Shown here piece after piece: positions 1-14,447 of a stretch of DNA of 64,000 nt; position 1 is the first letter of the stretch, and the number at the start of each line of letters is the position of its first letter. The notes beneath the pieces were generated by a model. The model had not been told where the DNA came from. It worked only from the letters and a program-made list of their open reading frames with translations, and ran no database searches. The translations under genes were made by a program, and so were the position numbers. Location of the stretch: the NCBI GenBank assembly GCA_976226885.1, contig OZ320316.1:38874001-38938000 (forward strand). The letters are read 5' to 3'. This DNA is from Iphione sp. A-MEVVRFRX5. Taxonomy: Eukaryota.

Positions 1-3000
1 AATGCCGTACCTTATAGACGTATCAGAGAAGCAGTCTGCAGAGGCTGCCTACCAAAAACACCCCACCTAATAAATAGCTAAGAAAACAAAAGTCAACATT
101 AAACAACGTTTTGTGAAGACTGTAAGGCTAAAATTATTCCAGAAATCTAGTCCTGTATTATTTACAACACGAGAAGATCAATTGTTTGGAAAGTCAACAT
201 TCATATCTTTAAAACATGGAAAGATCAACGACTTAATCCTCTTTCTACAAATTCGAGCCAATAAGATGTACTGTATGTTAGTCATGACGATGCCCTTCTC
301 CTGTCGTGGTCTAGGCACGTGTTTGTGTTAGGTGCACACTTCAATGCTTACAGCTGTGTTTTATATTTTGATCGACCTCATTTTTGTCTCGACTGCTCCT
401 TTTCTGTGCTGGGTTGCTGGCGATGTCTTCCCCAGGGCAAACAATGCCAGAACATTAGAGGTATTGAAAGAACTGTTATGGCACCTTTGTGATTGCTTTT
501 GTGTTCGATTATGGTATTTCAAGGCCTCTCCTTTGTCTAACACGGTTGCACTATTATTACATGAGTGATTATACTCTTCCTGCCTGTAGCAATAGACTCA
601 GCAGTATTCCTTTATCTACTCCCACTTTCTTCTTCATTTGTATAGTGCATTAAGCGCATATCTGCAAGGTATGACCGAATTGTCCAAATAGCCAAACAGA
701 GTCAAGGACATTCACTAAAGGAAATATCTTTCTGCCATTAAAATAGAACAAGAAAAAGTTGGTTTAGGATTTAAATGAATAAGGATCAAACTTAAATTGT
801 TCCCTCATGACAATCAATATTGTCAATTTTATTAAGAGATACTGCGTACAGTCTGCACTGTTTTTACAATTATTACTGAAGAATTTGTGGCGGACAGCGG
901 GAGTCACTTTAAGACTATTAAAGCGTTTGCTTTAAAAAGTTGCTGGTAGGGAAAATGAGCTTTCTTCGAGTGTTAAGTGTACCATAAAGATAGCCATGTG
1001 TCTATCGAGTTTATTGGGTATAAATAAAAGGCGAGGAATGTCCGTAGAATGGAGGGACAAAAACGATACGGTAATATGTTTGACAGGTCTTTCGGCGTCC
1101 AACAACACTATCACCATCATTTATCGAGCTGTCATCTTCCACGGGCATAATTTACCAGTTGCGAGAACGAGTTTTTTTTTCGGCGAGGCTGGTATGGTCT
1201 GAATCTCCTACTAAACACCATTTTAGTCAGCATTCTTGTGTTTTGTACGGGACGGCTCGGGTAGATATTGAACTTTGGCAGGGGGACATAGATCACCAGG
1301 CGCCACTGGGAACATTTCGCTGCCCGCGTGTGTCATGACAAGCCATCGCTGGTGAGCCTAAACACGCTCCTATCGGCACCATTGTCATCATGTCGCTGAT
1401 GCTGACAGCTGGCTCCTTTGGTAATCTGACAGCCGATGCAATCGGCCTCCAAGTGTCGGTTCCCAGGCTGATCTATAAAGTCCTTCTAGTGATTGTAATG
1501 ATCGGATAGCTTACCGGAATGGACCGGTCATATCTCATCACCCCGTCCTTCTTCTACTCGTTACTTCTACTCTACCTGACCATGTAGATGTCTTGCCCTC
1601 TGCCCTTCCGGTATCAGTTCTCACGCTGGCCTCTTGTTCACCCTACCTTGCCTCTTTTCTCACATTTTTACAGTTTTATGCCTACTCAACAACCCTTAGA
1701 CATTGCGCCCTGGCGCCTACCTTCTCTCCCCCAGCTCCGTGTCCCTCCCACCCTCACCAAATTTCAACACCTCTCAGCCAGACGTTGAAACTCGCTGTAC
1801 ACCTGAGCACCCAGCACACGATTGCCATCAAGGAACATGTATATAGATAGAGTGGGGGTTGACCGTATTATTACTTAGGCCCAGACACTGCACCTGCCCT
1901 GGTCCTCCTGCTCCACCTCCTATGAGTTAGCCTCATATCCGGCCATACTCACCTGCGCTGCCATGGGTGGGTGGTGTGAAACGTACAGACCCTACCAGGA
2001 TACTCCCCCCTCTACGTTCATAAGTGCCCGGCGGCATTACGTGGGAGAAAAAAGACCTGAGGATAAGATTAGTGCCTGACGCCAGTATATCTTTGTATTT
2101 GTAACATTCACGTGTTTGGCATTCATGAGCTTGGGTTCCTATGGCGGACTCTTTCATAGTCAGCGCGGGGGGGGGGGCCGTAGATGCAATACCTGCGTTC
2201 GGTCGGTGGTTGGATGTGCTGTCTTGCTATAAAGGCAGTAATTATTACATAGTTTTCACACGTGTTCGCGATAGGTGTATGCTCCGAAAAATTCCCCGGC
2301 GCCATTACCGCCGCTATTTGCTGCTGAGGATGGTTAATTTACCTGTGCTATATCATCGTCGGTCTGCGAGCTGGGGATCAACGGCCGACATGCGGACAGG
2401 CGGGCCGTGCAGCAGCTTACATGTCCCAATCGGGATGTATATCAGCAAGCTGCCTGAAAACAGTCTGCACGTGTCCGGCGACTTCGTTCTGGCCGAGATG
2501 GGGAGGCACGTCCGCCATGAGATCGAGTAGGGTGTGGTGGGTTGGAAGATGAGTGAGGAGTGAGAGTGGGAAGGGGCGGCAGGTCATTTGATCCCCATAA
2601 AAATCTGCGTGTCTCATCACTGCCTGCCGAACCCCGGCCTTACCCTAAATACCTGTGAGAATTAACACGCACCGACATCTTCTGTGACAGCCACCGTCTA
2701 AATCGGTGGAAAGAGGGCGAACCATCCACCACTAAAAAGCCGCGTAAAAATACAGAGCTAACTACATCAATGTGTTACTTGGCTTACAGAAACCATTTTC
2801 CAAGATTTGTAAATCGATGCTTCAATGTTGAGAGGCTGTTTACATGAAGTAGGAGTGCTCATGCGCATGATTTGTGGGGTGTGATATTAGAAAGAGACCA
2901 CTGAATTAGTAAACCACATATGCATTTAAGCATGCGTCACACTTTAATCAATGTTATAACCAAATACCTCATAATTGATTTTTAAAAAAATCATTGGCCA

Positions 3001-4327
3001 TTTCCTTGTTATTTCCTCCCCCACCATTATTGTGCCACCCCTTTCCTGTAGATTCTTCACCTTATCAATACATGGGCGCCATTTTGAAAATAAGGTGAAA
3101 ATAATTTTGGTATATTTGGGAGGTGCATATTTCGTGTCCACCACGATATATGCATGTTAATCTTATCAAAAGAGATAGAACGGATATGCTGAGACTGTGA
3201 ACCTTACATATAAGCATGGTCGCTTACTCCAAAATGTATTGAAATAAAGATAGATGATCAGATGTATAACATGTTTTCCTTAGTATAAATTTCGTTTCGA
3301 AATGAAAGTGAATATGAACAACAAAATCGGAAAAAGGAAATCGTGTGAACTTACATATCGTTCGTACATTTGCACCCGTAAGCTGCAAACAGAAAAGAAA
3401 TTTTGATAAAGAACATGATTGGCACACGACTATAATTATCTATGACATTAATCTAATGAGATTAACATCGTTGTTAGCATGCCCCCATCGTTTAAGTATG
3501 AAAACAGTCATATTGATACGTGAAACGACTGCATTAAGAATTGTGAACAAACATAACCTCATATTGACGAGAGGATGCTTGACTTGCTCAAGACAGGAGT
3601 TCATGTGGAGAAGGTTTGTATATCAGGAAGATCACTGATTTAATGCCCTCTCCTTGCTATAAAATGAAAATTCTAAATAGGGTTACCACCAACAGACGCC
3701 TACGGTACTTAAGGGAGGACGGAAGGGGGTGTTTTTCAAAATGTACAGGCCAACCATGGTATCAATGTTGCACTCGTGATCAAGACGATAAGCCACAGTA
3801 TCGAAACAATGCCAAAGGTTTTTCATTGTCATATAACTTTCAGTGTACTTAAACCAACAAGTATGAGAATTAAGAGCAATTCGTCTTTGTCCAATTTTAT
3901 GTAATCTATAAGAAAACAGCCCTCTAATGAGGGAGACCCTCCATTAAAGGCAGAATAAGCTGCTTCGTTCAGAATTCGCACTAGAGGGGTTTGTACTTCT
4001 TTCGTTTTAACGACAATAGTTATCATCGGCAAATTATCAAAACAATGTCACAATACTGAAACAAAACTCACAAGTAGTAGTATAATTTGCTTTAGAAGTG
4101 TCATTATAACTAACAATTACGTCATTATAATTTCGTTAATTTTAATGATGCAAGAGTGTCATTCGTGCAATCTCTTTGACTACATGTTTACATGCAAGTG
4201 CACGCTCACCTATAATATGCCATCCAAGGCGTGCTTGTCAATTATAGTAGGTAGGATATAATTATAATAGTAATGAGACTATATACTATGTATGCTTGAC
4301 CGGAAGTCATTTAGTCTCACATGTCAA

Positions 4328-5263
4328 GGGCCCCCCCCCCGAAAAAAAAGATAAGTGTGTTTCTGGTTATGACCAGCCCAAAACCTAGGTAGGAAATGGG
4401 GATTTTTTTATGTATTATTTTTTTACTTAAACAAAGATAGACCTATATAAGATAATGATGGAGGGTTCTGTGGACGGACAGCAGCAATTGTAATGTCCCC
4501 TACTCCTCTTAAAGATGGGAAACAATTAAGAATGTGAAATGTTTTCAATTTACAAACTCTGCCTAAAATCATCAGTATATACAGTGGAAACCCTGTAGAG
4601 GGATACAAGACCACTGTGGACAACCCTTTCTGTGGACAAAAACCCAAGAATGGTGCAGAGTTCAGGAGATGTCCTCAGTAGAAATGCAGTAAAAAACAGA
4701 CAGAAATGACAAAAAAAACTGTGAAACTGATGCAAATTAGGTGAAAAATGGCAAAAACTGAAGCACATTCTGTCAGAATATGGTAAAACGGATGCAGACT
4801 TGGCTGCAGTGAAGCGAAATTGATGCAAATTTAGTTCAAAAACAGTATTCCCACTGTCCGCATGTGTTGTTAGATCTGAGAATATGATTGGTATTGTCTG
4901 GGAAAGTCCTGTGACATCGAATAATAATTATGCATTGCTTGATCTTTCATTTTTTATGGCCATAAGGCCATGCATAGGTTTGTTTATACCAGTCATTACT
5001 TACTTTCATTCGGCCAAGACATGTCGTCTGTATAGAATAGGCTAAAAACATAACTTGTATTCTATGCAAATAATTCATATTGCTTTCCTAAATTCTAAGA
5101 TATATATATACATGTAGTCTTATTTTGTATCAGCCTTGTGTATTTCCCTCTTCATTTATTTCTAAAATAAAATGTGTATTAACTTTTAAGTTAGGGTGAG
5201 GTTTTCCTAGGTGGGGGGGGAGGGGTAAACCAGAAACACACCTATTTTTTTGGGGGGAGGGGC
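4328..5263. mobile_element. Non-autonomous PIF/Harbinger-type element, long member of the GGCC-A(n)-GTGTTTCTGGT MITE family
   Basis: Left end gggccc..aaaaaaaagataagtgtgtttctggttatgaccagcccaaaacctaggtagg. Right end tagggtgaggttttcctaggt..taaaccagaaacacacctattttttt..gggc followed by taa. Both ends align with the MITEs at 30326 and 55134. TSD is imperfect (caa/taa). Confidence 0.7.
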
Positions 5264-8200
5264 TAATCAACATTCATATTTCACACTTCTGCTTTTTCAC
5301 TCGTGCACGTTTTCTAGTTATACCCAATAATTTCTAAATCTTATTTGACTATACTTTCATCTTTGATTTTAAACGTTTGTGATTGAGAGAAGTAGTCTCA
5401 ATTTGTAAAAAGACGTAAAGATAATGTACTTTATATATGAAAAGAAAATATATTGTTCGAAAGGACCATTATGAATCATTCTTCAAAGCAATCACAAACG
5501 CTTATGATAACTAGCAGTTGCTAGGTAATGAACAATTATAGAGTTGGGAAAAAGAAAGCGGGAGTGAGAGACTGAATGCCGCATAAATAAAAAAAATAGA
5601 CTAAGGGGTTAGAATCGTTCTCCACGTAGTACCGGCGTGCTCTATAAGTATAGATTAAATGTTGAAATGAGCCGCTAAGTGAAAAGGACTTGAATTTATG
5701 ATGTGCGATAACAGCCAGACATATAATTTATTAGCATGTGGTAGCTACCACACCCAATACCATCTATCTGAGGAATCATCCTTGACAAATATGTTGATCG
5801 TTTCCATTCATTGACAGAAATGGGAGTCCGATTTTTTGGCGTAATTTGCCCCCTCCCTCGAAAAAAAGACGGGAGCTTCCTGTCGAGGCCCTGGGAAAGT
5901 TTCCAGATGTCGACCCATCGGACCTTGAAGCATGTTGAACAAGGTATCCCAGCACGACTCGACGCATAGGGTGTATCAAAACCATAATCAAACTTGAAAG
6001 GACTGGGTAAAATCTGCACAACCGTGACTAAATCGCAGGAGGTTGTCCTATGATGTGCACTTTGAGCGTTGCGGCTGCGCTGCGTATTGTTCCTACCTCC
6101 TGCTTAGACCAATCAGAAATCGGCCGTCTGCGTCATTGTCTTACGAGCAAGGTCATGCCTCCATCACATATGACCAACCGACAGCCCAAGAATCCAGGTG
6201 GCTTCAATCGGGTCCTAGCCACGGCAGTTTATAGGCCTGAGGGCGGGATTTCTACTCACCGCTCCCAAACCTGCGGGTGCCCGAAAAAAGGAGAAACTTG
6301 GGCGAATGTGCAAAAAGAAGCTCGGTGGTGGCTTGTTGACAAAGACGTGACGGTGTGCCCCAACTATGGGGAGTTAATCTGAATTCCACGTGCGTGGTGC
6401 GGTGGGTCTTCGGCTGTTTGTCCAGGCCACAAATCTCGGTGTTGTCCGTGCTAAGTTGATATGCCATGGGCCAGTTGCAGAGAATGTCGTAGATCGTAAC
6501 ATAACGCGAAATGTTTCCCGGTCCGCCTCAAGCGGATCCTGCTATAGGGGTCGTTTTTGTAACGGCCCTTATGGTTCTATCCCTCTTTTTTGCCGCTTGT
6601 TTCATTCCTTCTTGACGATATTACGGTCCCTTTTGTGCCGCCCATGCTGTTTGCAGGCTCATGTTCCGCAATATGGGAGCGTGGCGTTCATACAAAGATG
6701 GCCTGTCTCACCTCACATAAGACCCGTTCTTCACGGTAAATGATACCGCCATCTGCCTGGTCTTACATATTGTAAATATTACTACTACCATAGGGACATT
6801 TATTAGACCACACCAAGCGAATCATATTTTCTTTAGCGAAAAACATCTCAAAGCTGGGCACAGCTGTTTTCACGTCTGTTTTGTGCTGTGCTGTTCGCGA
6901 AGAGGAAATCAGTTTCCAATCAAATAATTTGTGATTTTATTTAGTTATGGAAAAGATCATTGTAGACTTGTGATGTTACAGACAAGTACACATAGTGTGC
7001 CAGATCGGACGTGTCTTTATTAATGAAAACGATAATTCGCAATAATATGGACAGGGCAAACTCTACATCAGGGACATGTACCTTGAGCTGAGTGAATACA
7101 CGTTCAAATCTAAGTCTTAGGCATTTATGAAGTATACGATCGTAGTTTTACGATATTACAGACTTGGTCATTTCTAGCATACATGTATTGTGCCAATTCT
7201 TTGAGCGCGCCAAATTATTACGATGGTTCTTCGTTAGATATTAACAATATGGTTTGCTATTATGATCTTTTCAAATTCTTTTTTCTCAGTGTTCTGATAT
7301 TCACTGTTGACTGTTCAATATTTCAGCCACTGTTCTGCCCAATTCTATGTTTATTCTTCGTAAAAGTCCAACACATTGCTCTGATACGAATTTCCACGAA
7401 TGGAGTAACGGACCTCCCCCTACACATTAGCATGTATGTTTACAGCCAACTGATTTTGACATAGCATGCATGGTTTCATATTTTCAGCTGACTTAGAGAC
7501 ACTAATACATAGTCGTGAGGAGAATCAGGAGATAGGGCCCCCTCCTCAGTAAACGCCTCCAGTTGCAATTTCAGACACACTTTACATACCACGCATAGCA
7601 CACAGTACCAACTTCCCCATAAACATTTACACATTTGCATATAATTACATACGACGGGCATTATTTACAATATTGTTAGCTTTCTTTAAAGTTGAAATCA
7701 TAGGCACACATATTGACCCGCCAATATATGTATATCACCATGCTATCCCTGTATAAACCTCAGAATGCATGGACTTTCCTGTCTACAAACATTCGTGCGG
7801 TGACATTCTAGACACTGTGAGGTGAACAGCAGGGCCAAAGATGCATTTAAAAACGAACAGAAAGAATCAGCTTTAGCCACTGTGAATGGATGTTTACAGA
7901 CCAACGGATTCTGAGTTCACTGCTTCAACTCCACAGAGCAACATACCAACTGTATCATACTACACACAAGCTGCAAACTTTAGTATTCAAACTTTCCTTA
8001 TACTAACCCATTTACTTACTTTAAACACAATCTATTTATTTTCCTTTTATTCCATAGTCACTGGAAGAATTTGCTATGTTAATGACGAGAAGTGAATAAG
8101 AACAATTTGAATTTGAATACCTTACACCTTGCCAAAATTCACAGAATCAGCTGCATATAATTGAGACAGAAATCCAAGATCTCATACAGTCAGTAAGACA

Positions 8201-8299
8201 TCCACATATGCGTGTACGTGTAGAACTGGAATATATATATGCGAACAAATGCATATAAGAAAATCATACCGAACTAATTTTATAACTGTGGTCTCTATG

Positions 8300-9350
8300 G
8301 TACACTGCACATACTTCATTATGGACAATGTATGAAGCGATCCGTACTTTTCACAACGTACGCACATCAACCGATGTCAAGTCTACTTGTCTGTACAATC
8401 CTGAGAACCACACTCATGCAAATATGTATAATACCAACTGTGGTGAAGTTACTTACTTGTACTGGCGGTGATGCAAAATGAGTCCAAAGCATTTGACTTT
8501 CCTTGTATGAATATGTCTTACAAAGGTCAAGTGTGTGGGCATACCTATAGGAAGTAGATCTCTACGTCTTAAACCAGGCATCCAGGGAACCTATTCATTT
8601 GAGCTAAAGAACTACACTTAGGTAAAGAGATGAAAAACACAAGTGCGTAGCAGGTAAAAATCTAATCATAACACCCTACATGCCATTCCCACCAAAACGT
8701 TTGGTGCGCCAAGCATATCTATAGACCTACTTCTGTCTCCTGTCAGTGCCTCCTTCATATCTCTCACTCTGCTCAATCAGAGGACTTCCTAAGCCATAGT
8801 TCCCAGTTCGATGACTAACGACCCCGATCATTGCACTACAACCTCAGATATGCATAGGATGAGTTAGACGTGCATGTTTGTACTCCAATGAGCTTCAATA
8901 AACCACTGACTATTTATGCACTATAATTTGTTAGTAGATACAGGCCAGGCAATAAAATTTAGACCTTGGGCCATGGCAGTTTATGCCTTGCTTCAATTTA
9001 GCAAAGCTGTATTTAGAATCTGGTACCTCCCGGCGATCACTACGATGAACATGTTTGCTTTTGGGCCAATGTGGTATGAATTATTCCGAGTTTAACCGAT
9101 GATAAATCACCATTACCGATGTTTTTTTCATCTGTAATGTGCGGGGACAAGATATCAACCTAGGGGAACATGGAAAGAATTAACAAGGACAGACAAAAAG
9201 TAGAGATGGTCTTTACACGACCACTGTTCAATGGTGCTCTTGAATATGTCCACGAGAGCGTTGGCCGTAAACTGAAGTAAAAGGGATCCGGCTCAACGTT
9301 CAAAAGGTGTCCTGATCTACGGTTGCATGCATCGCACTCCTTCCCCTTCA
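8300..9350 (-). pseudogene. Decayed Ngaro/DIRS-type RNase H-YR relic
   Basis: Minus-strand translation at about 8605-8670 gives MIRFLPATHLCFSSLYLSVV, resembling CIYLTYLGRKLCFSSIKNYLSGL in the YR of the intact element. An upstream RQK and a downstream LLPI (RLPIT-like) motif are present. Many stops and frameshifts; boundaries approximate. Confidence 0.4.
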
Positions 9351-10785
9351 TTCTTTTACTTAGCCCGGCAATGTGGATAGTTCCAGAACAGTGTGGCAGG
9401 TATGGGGGTGGTGAGATTCTGGAATGATGACACTTCGGGCGAGTTTATTTCAAAGGTCCTGCCCCTCTCACTTCACATGAGCTTGGCGAGGATAAAAAGT
9501 GCTGAAAGTGCCAACAAGGGGGAGAGGAGACACACTGGGGTCTAGACGCTCGCGGCATATGGGTCTATGTCGAAGGATCAAGATCAAGGAAGGAGTAGAT
9601 GTATGACGTGCGGCAGTAGAAAGGGGTACATGGCTTGAAAGGAGCGCGGGTCAGGGACAAGAGAGCTCGATGTTATCCCTACCTGAGGTAGCCAGCTCTC
9701 CCGCTGAGCCCTCCATTGACAAAGAGTACTTTAATCAGAGCCCTGCCCGCCCCACTAACACGGCAGTCCCCACTCTCTTCCTGCTCCATGTTATAAGGTG
9801 GGGCTACCGCTGAAAGTCAACAGGATTGCATGACGATCAGGCGCCGAACACTAGAGTTGTCTGTTCCACGATGTGACGGAATTCGCGTCCACAATGGTTA
9901 ACGGGACCGTGCTGGTGAGTTGTATTGTAAAGAAATTCGCCCTATGGTAAACGACAGCGCCCTCTCTACAGCGCTCTCATCCCCTGACAAGCGGCGGCCG
10001 TTCTCGGAAATGACTTGACGGGATCCTTTAAGAGTGAGGTTTATTTGCCCTTATTGGAACTCGCCATTTGGATGGAGACAGGAGTACGGCCTGGTAGCTA
10101 CTTGGGTGTAGGTATGTCCCATTGGCTTGCTGCATTTGGCCTTCAGATCTTTGCTCCGGGGCTTGGGCAGCTGGGGTCGTCGTGTCATGTGTCTGCCATT
10201 CAGATGAGGCAAACTTCAGTTAAGCTGCAACTTCTCTCCCACTGTTTACATCTTATCCTCCGAATCCTCTCCAAACTATGGGCTCTTCAAGTTTCGAAGC
10301 GCATAAGAAATCCCGTTGAGAAAAGAAACATCTTGCTTTTGTGTAACTTTGCAGCCATTACCGCGCAGGAACTCACTCTACATGTTTACCTATATAATGT
10401 ATCAGAGCAGCTTTGACTTGTAGGGAAAATGTCCCTGGAATTTTATGTTTCTACCGTCATCTACTAGCTACCTTACTTTTTAAACTGTCTTTTAAACTTC
10501 ATAATAGAATGTAGAAGAGATGCAGCGACTGGCCCTTGAGTGACTTACTCCGTGCTTGCCGCTGTACATTTTCTACCTGTATATATCATGATCTGCCCAT
10601 GGGAATGTCTGGCAGCTGATGTCAAAATTTAACTGGCCCTGTGTGAGCGGGTGTAGCATTATGTATGGACATCAAACGCTCACGAGCGTTCCTGTCCCTG
10701 GCTGTTGACTTTGGTGCGGCTCGTCCATCTCGCCCTAGCCGGATGTGATGGATGACGGGCCAAGCTCACTGGAGAGGGGCCTTCT

Positions 10786-10863
10786 TCCTCCTCCTCCTCC
10801 TCCTCCTCCTCCTCCTCCTCCTCCTCCTCCTCCTCCTCCTCCTCCTCCTCCTCCTCCTCCTCC
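10786..10863. repeat. (CCT)n microsatellite
   Basis: Roughly 25 tandem CCT/TCC units seen directly. Confidence 0.95.
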
Positions 10864-12074
10864 CTAATCTTTGAAAATGGCGTTCAAAAGTCGCAGCGCG
10901 AAGGGAGGACATCGAGTTATGTTTCGCCCTTCGTATGCATAACAAATCAAAGACATCACGTCAAGCAATAATGCTTAGCGCCAGTAAACGTTCCTGTATT
11001 GGACTTCATCGCAGCTCAATAACATTCATGGAGATCCAAGAGGTGAGAATCACCGCCAAGACGAGGCATACTTTGTAGTGCCGTTAGTACTGTTGTCATA
11101 GAAGAACAAACATCCAAGGAGGGCTTGGGATGCGGATTTTTCCTACGGGAAATACCTTTGGTCATTACTTTTTGCTTTGGCGGGAATGATTGATTGCGCT
11201 AGACATGTGGGGCTGACAGAGTTGTAGTCGAAACGTCTCTGCTGCATGCATCTCATAAAGGCCGAAGACAGGTGCCTCCAAAGTATCGCCTGGCAAAACT
11301 AATTTATCTGCGGGACCTTTCCTTTTGGTGATCGATTGTACAACTATATGTAAAGATTCCAGAAACCCTTCTCTTTAATTCCACGACCTGTAGTCCATCG
11401 GGATACTTAAGGGGATATCAAAAAGCCGCTTATCGTTAATCGATATTGATCTCTATCTTATTTGACAAGGTGTTGTAAATAACTACAAAAAGAACCAGAC
11501 CATACGACCGATCTCCTCTAAAAAGGTAACGTATACATTTTTTTTTTATTTGAGATCATACGGCACGTTTAAAGGTGAAGTAATAATAACTAGTCCCCAA
11601 AATGCACTTTCTTTTTCAAATACTTGCAGCGACAAGAAGCTTTCAACACAATTTACTTACCCCAAGTATCATCAAGGGCACAAAAATTCGTAACAAGTCC
11701 TTTATCTTAGACATATCCATGATTAGTTAAAAAAAAAAAACAGAGCCTGGTCACATCAGAGATAATCCCTGGTCGGAGGTTAAAAGTCTTGTCCGCGGTG
11801 ACTGATGTAGAGATGACCGCAGCGCCAGGCCATGAATGGCGCAAACAATGCCCTTGCTCCGCTCGTGGCTGCTACTCTGGCTTTAGTCCTGCCGCCGGTG
11901 CTAATGCTCTTGCTCCGAGTGGATCTGCCGTCTTAACAGTGAAGGGCCCAACGCCACCCTTGAGCGGCGGCGGCCCGTGTGCGTGCCCCGCTCGGGACAG
12001 CGCTACTGTATAATAACCCTGCGCAAGTCCCTGCCTCCTCCTCCTCCGGCCCGACCCCAGTCGGTTACAGAGGA

Positions 12075-13450
12075 CTATTGGTTGTGGCCGGTGGCGGCGG
12101 CGGTAGCCTGACAGGTGTCTTTAAGAAACTGATCACACAGAGCAGAGAATGATATATGTGGGTTGTTAGGATTGCTACGGTTTTGCTGAAAAGAACTCGA
12201 AGGGTGCGGTGTGACTGAAGGTGGGGGTCTGGGTAAGATCCTCTCTCCAGGGGGGTTGAGGAGGTCTGTGTGCACTGGCTGACGGAACTGTTGAAGCAAT
12301 ATACGAACTCTTCGCAGATTACCGAACACCCGACTGCGAAATGTCGGGTGGATGACAGGTCTTAGTAGTTTGAAGAGGTGGTCGCAGGTGGGCGAGTGCG
12401 GGGCAGTTATCTACGTTTGGAGCGGATACACCGACAGTGTGATGCCTCCCCCGCTGAAAATTGGACGGCCCTAGCATTAAAGAGGCTGGCCAATACCCCG
12501 TCCCCAGCCATATGCCTTGCCCAAGCATACCCTTAAACCTGTTTTTTTTTCAGATCTATACTGCTAGGTGACTATTATTCCGCTCACAACATAAACTGTC
12601 CTCCTTGACGCCCCTCCCACCTATCGAATACTAAAGACTCGCCGCTTGTCACTCTAGAGCTGGTGTGAAACGTATTTCTGTTTGGGGGCGACCGAGCAGA
12701 AACTAAACAGAGAAGGTACTGATCACCACGCATCGGATACGAGCTCGGGCATTGCGTCACGCAAGTGTCTTTGTTTCCGGGTGAAATTTCTTATAAGAAA
12801 TTACTCGACTGGCTGAATCTAGATTACAAATTGGATAAAGGAATAATAGGTCCTCCGGCTTAAGGCTAGAACACCCGACTTGTACCCTCTACACTCTGTA
12901 TGCCCAGGATCCTAATAAATACGATGTACCTTCAGGCATTCTCCAGTAAAGTCATGATGCAGTGTAGCAGGAATCATTGGAGCTAGCGATCTTGCAGAAA
13001 ACATTTTTGCACAATTGGTACATGTTGTTGAACAACCAAGACTAAAAGTACAGCACTTTGGACTCTAAAGCCACCATGTACTATGTACTTCAAACATTGG
13101 AAAAAAACTATTAATGCTACGTTTACACATGCAGCTGTCATTTCCATTAGTTATCTTGTATCCGCTCTATATCATTTCTATTAATATGATGAAGTTGGGA
13201 GGCCTTTTTGGATAGTAAACAGCCTGACACGTAAACACGTGAATGAAACCGACCATGGATATAAAATGGAATTCAGTCTTTCTATAGCTAAGGGTCGGAA
13301 AACATGCCCACAATTCATAGTGAAGGAGGATATTGTGCTTTCCTCAGTAGACCCATTCGGAGATTATTTAGTCTCGTTTGATGGCTGTGTAGAGTACATT
13401 TACATCTACATTCATTTCACGATGACTAATTCCTCTCTCACTTTCCATTT
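12075..13450 (-). pseudogene. Decayed Ngaro/DIRS-type RNase H-YR relic
   Basis: Minus strand at about 13280-13335 reads HNILLHYELWACFPTL (compare HINVLELWAVFVAL in the intact RNase H). ORF 12319-12528 has NFQRGRHHTVGVSAPNVDNCPALAHLRP (YR KTD..G...CP..L region). ORF 12075-12329 has HISFS...ATAAATG (like HSFR.GAATAAA). Highly degenerate. Confidence 0.4.
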
Positions 13451-14447
13451 GCAAAAGGATAGCGTTCTCCCAGACAGTAGCCTTGTAGAACCCAGATCTC
13501 TGCTCCGGTACCAAGCATCTCCTCCAAGTAGAAAATTGAATTTTTTTTATCGGGGGAGAGTACTTCAGTGTATAGTATGAACAGACAGCCAACGTACGTG
13601 ACATATAATGTTCTAACATAGTAGCAACACGCTATTAAGACCAACGATGGGACCTGATGATTTTTCCCTGAACTGTGAGTTGCTTTTCTACCTGAATGGA
13701 CTTTATTAAAGAAAATAAATGATTTGGACAACAGATTACAACCTGATTGTTTCGTAATTTTTAATGAAATTTTTAATGTTTCACATAGACAGCAGCGAGT
13801 CCCATTATCAACAAAGTAACGTCTCTATATCTAATATGCGACGGCCTGACGGGTCAATGATACCCCACACCCCAAGCACCTGACGAAAACCGAGTCGCTA
13901 TGCAAGGGCGCAGGGTTCTCCGCTAAGAGATATTTATGAGGACCTGGCGTTTCTTACACTTGCATAATATTTTCGTATCACCTATAAATATGTGAAACAT
14001 ATGGTACTGGCTCATGATGTACTGTCTTGTCAAACAGAACCTCAAGTATATTAAGGTAATTATAAGGTGGTCAAATATACTTTAGTGTAACAGTTATATT
14101 CGGAGCAATCGTACTGCACAAGATATGCGAGAAGTTCTTTAAATCCACTGGGATAGTAGCATTCCTTAAATAGTACTAGATCTCCTTACTTTCCTCCTCC
14201 AGAGTTTTTTTTTACCGTGAAATGGCTTTAAAGGACAAAAAATATATCCACGTGAAACCATAAAACACATGAGTGGAGGTATTGAAAGCTAAAGGTAACC
14301 TGCTATGAATACGCCCAGTCAACTTTTAAGTCACACCTAGGCTAACCTACTTTTCAGTCGCACGGAGCTCCTCTCAAAGTGAAGCTTTATATTCAGGAGT
14401 TACTTCTATGAATGGTAACACGCCTTTCGAAAGAAAAAAACATTTAA

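Noticed and set aside
600-1150. Possible P-element/THAP9-like transposase C-terminus on the minus strand (GTLNTRRKLIFPTSNF, YLADMRLMHY)
   Set aside because: Only loose resemblance in a stop-riddled frame, with no TIR, TSD or catalytic motif to support it.
1200-2620. Possible YR relic in the GC-richer tract (GDLCPPAKVQYL on minus; AIPAFGRW on plus)
   Set aside because: The two candidate motifs are on opposite strands, so at least one is chance. Not supportable without a search.
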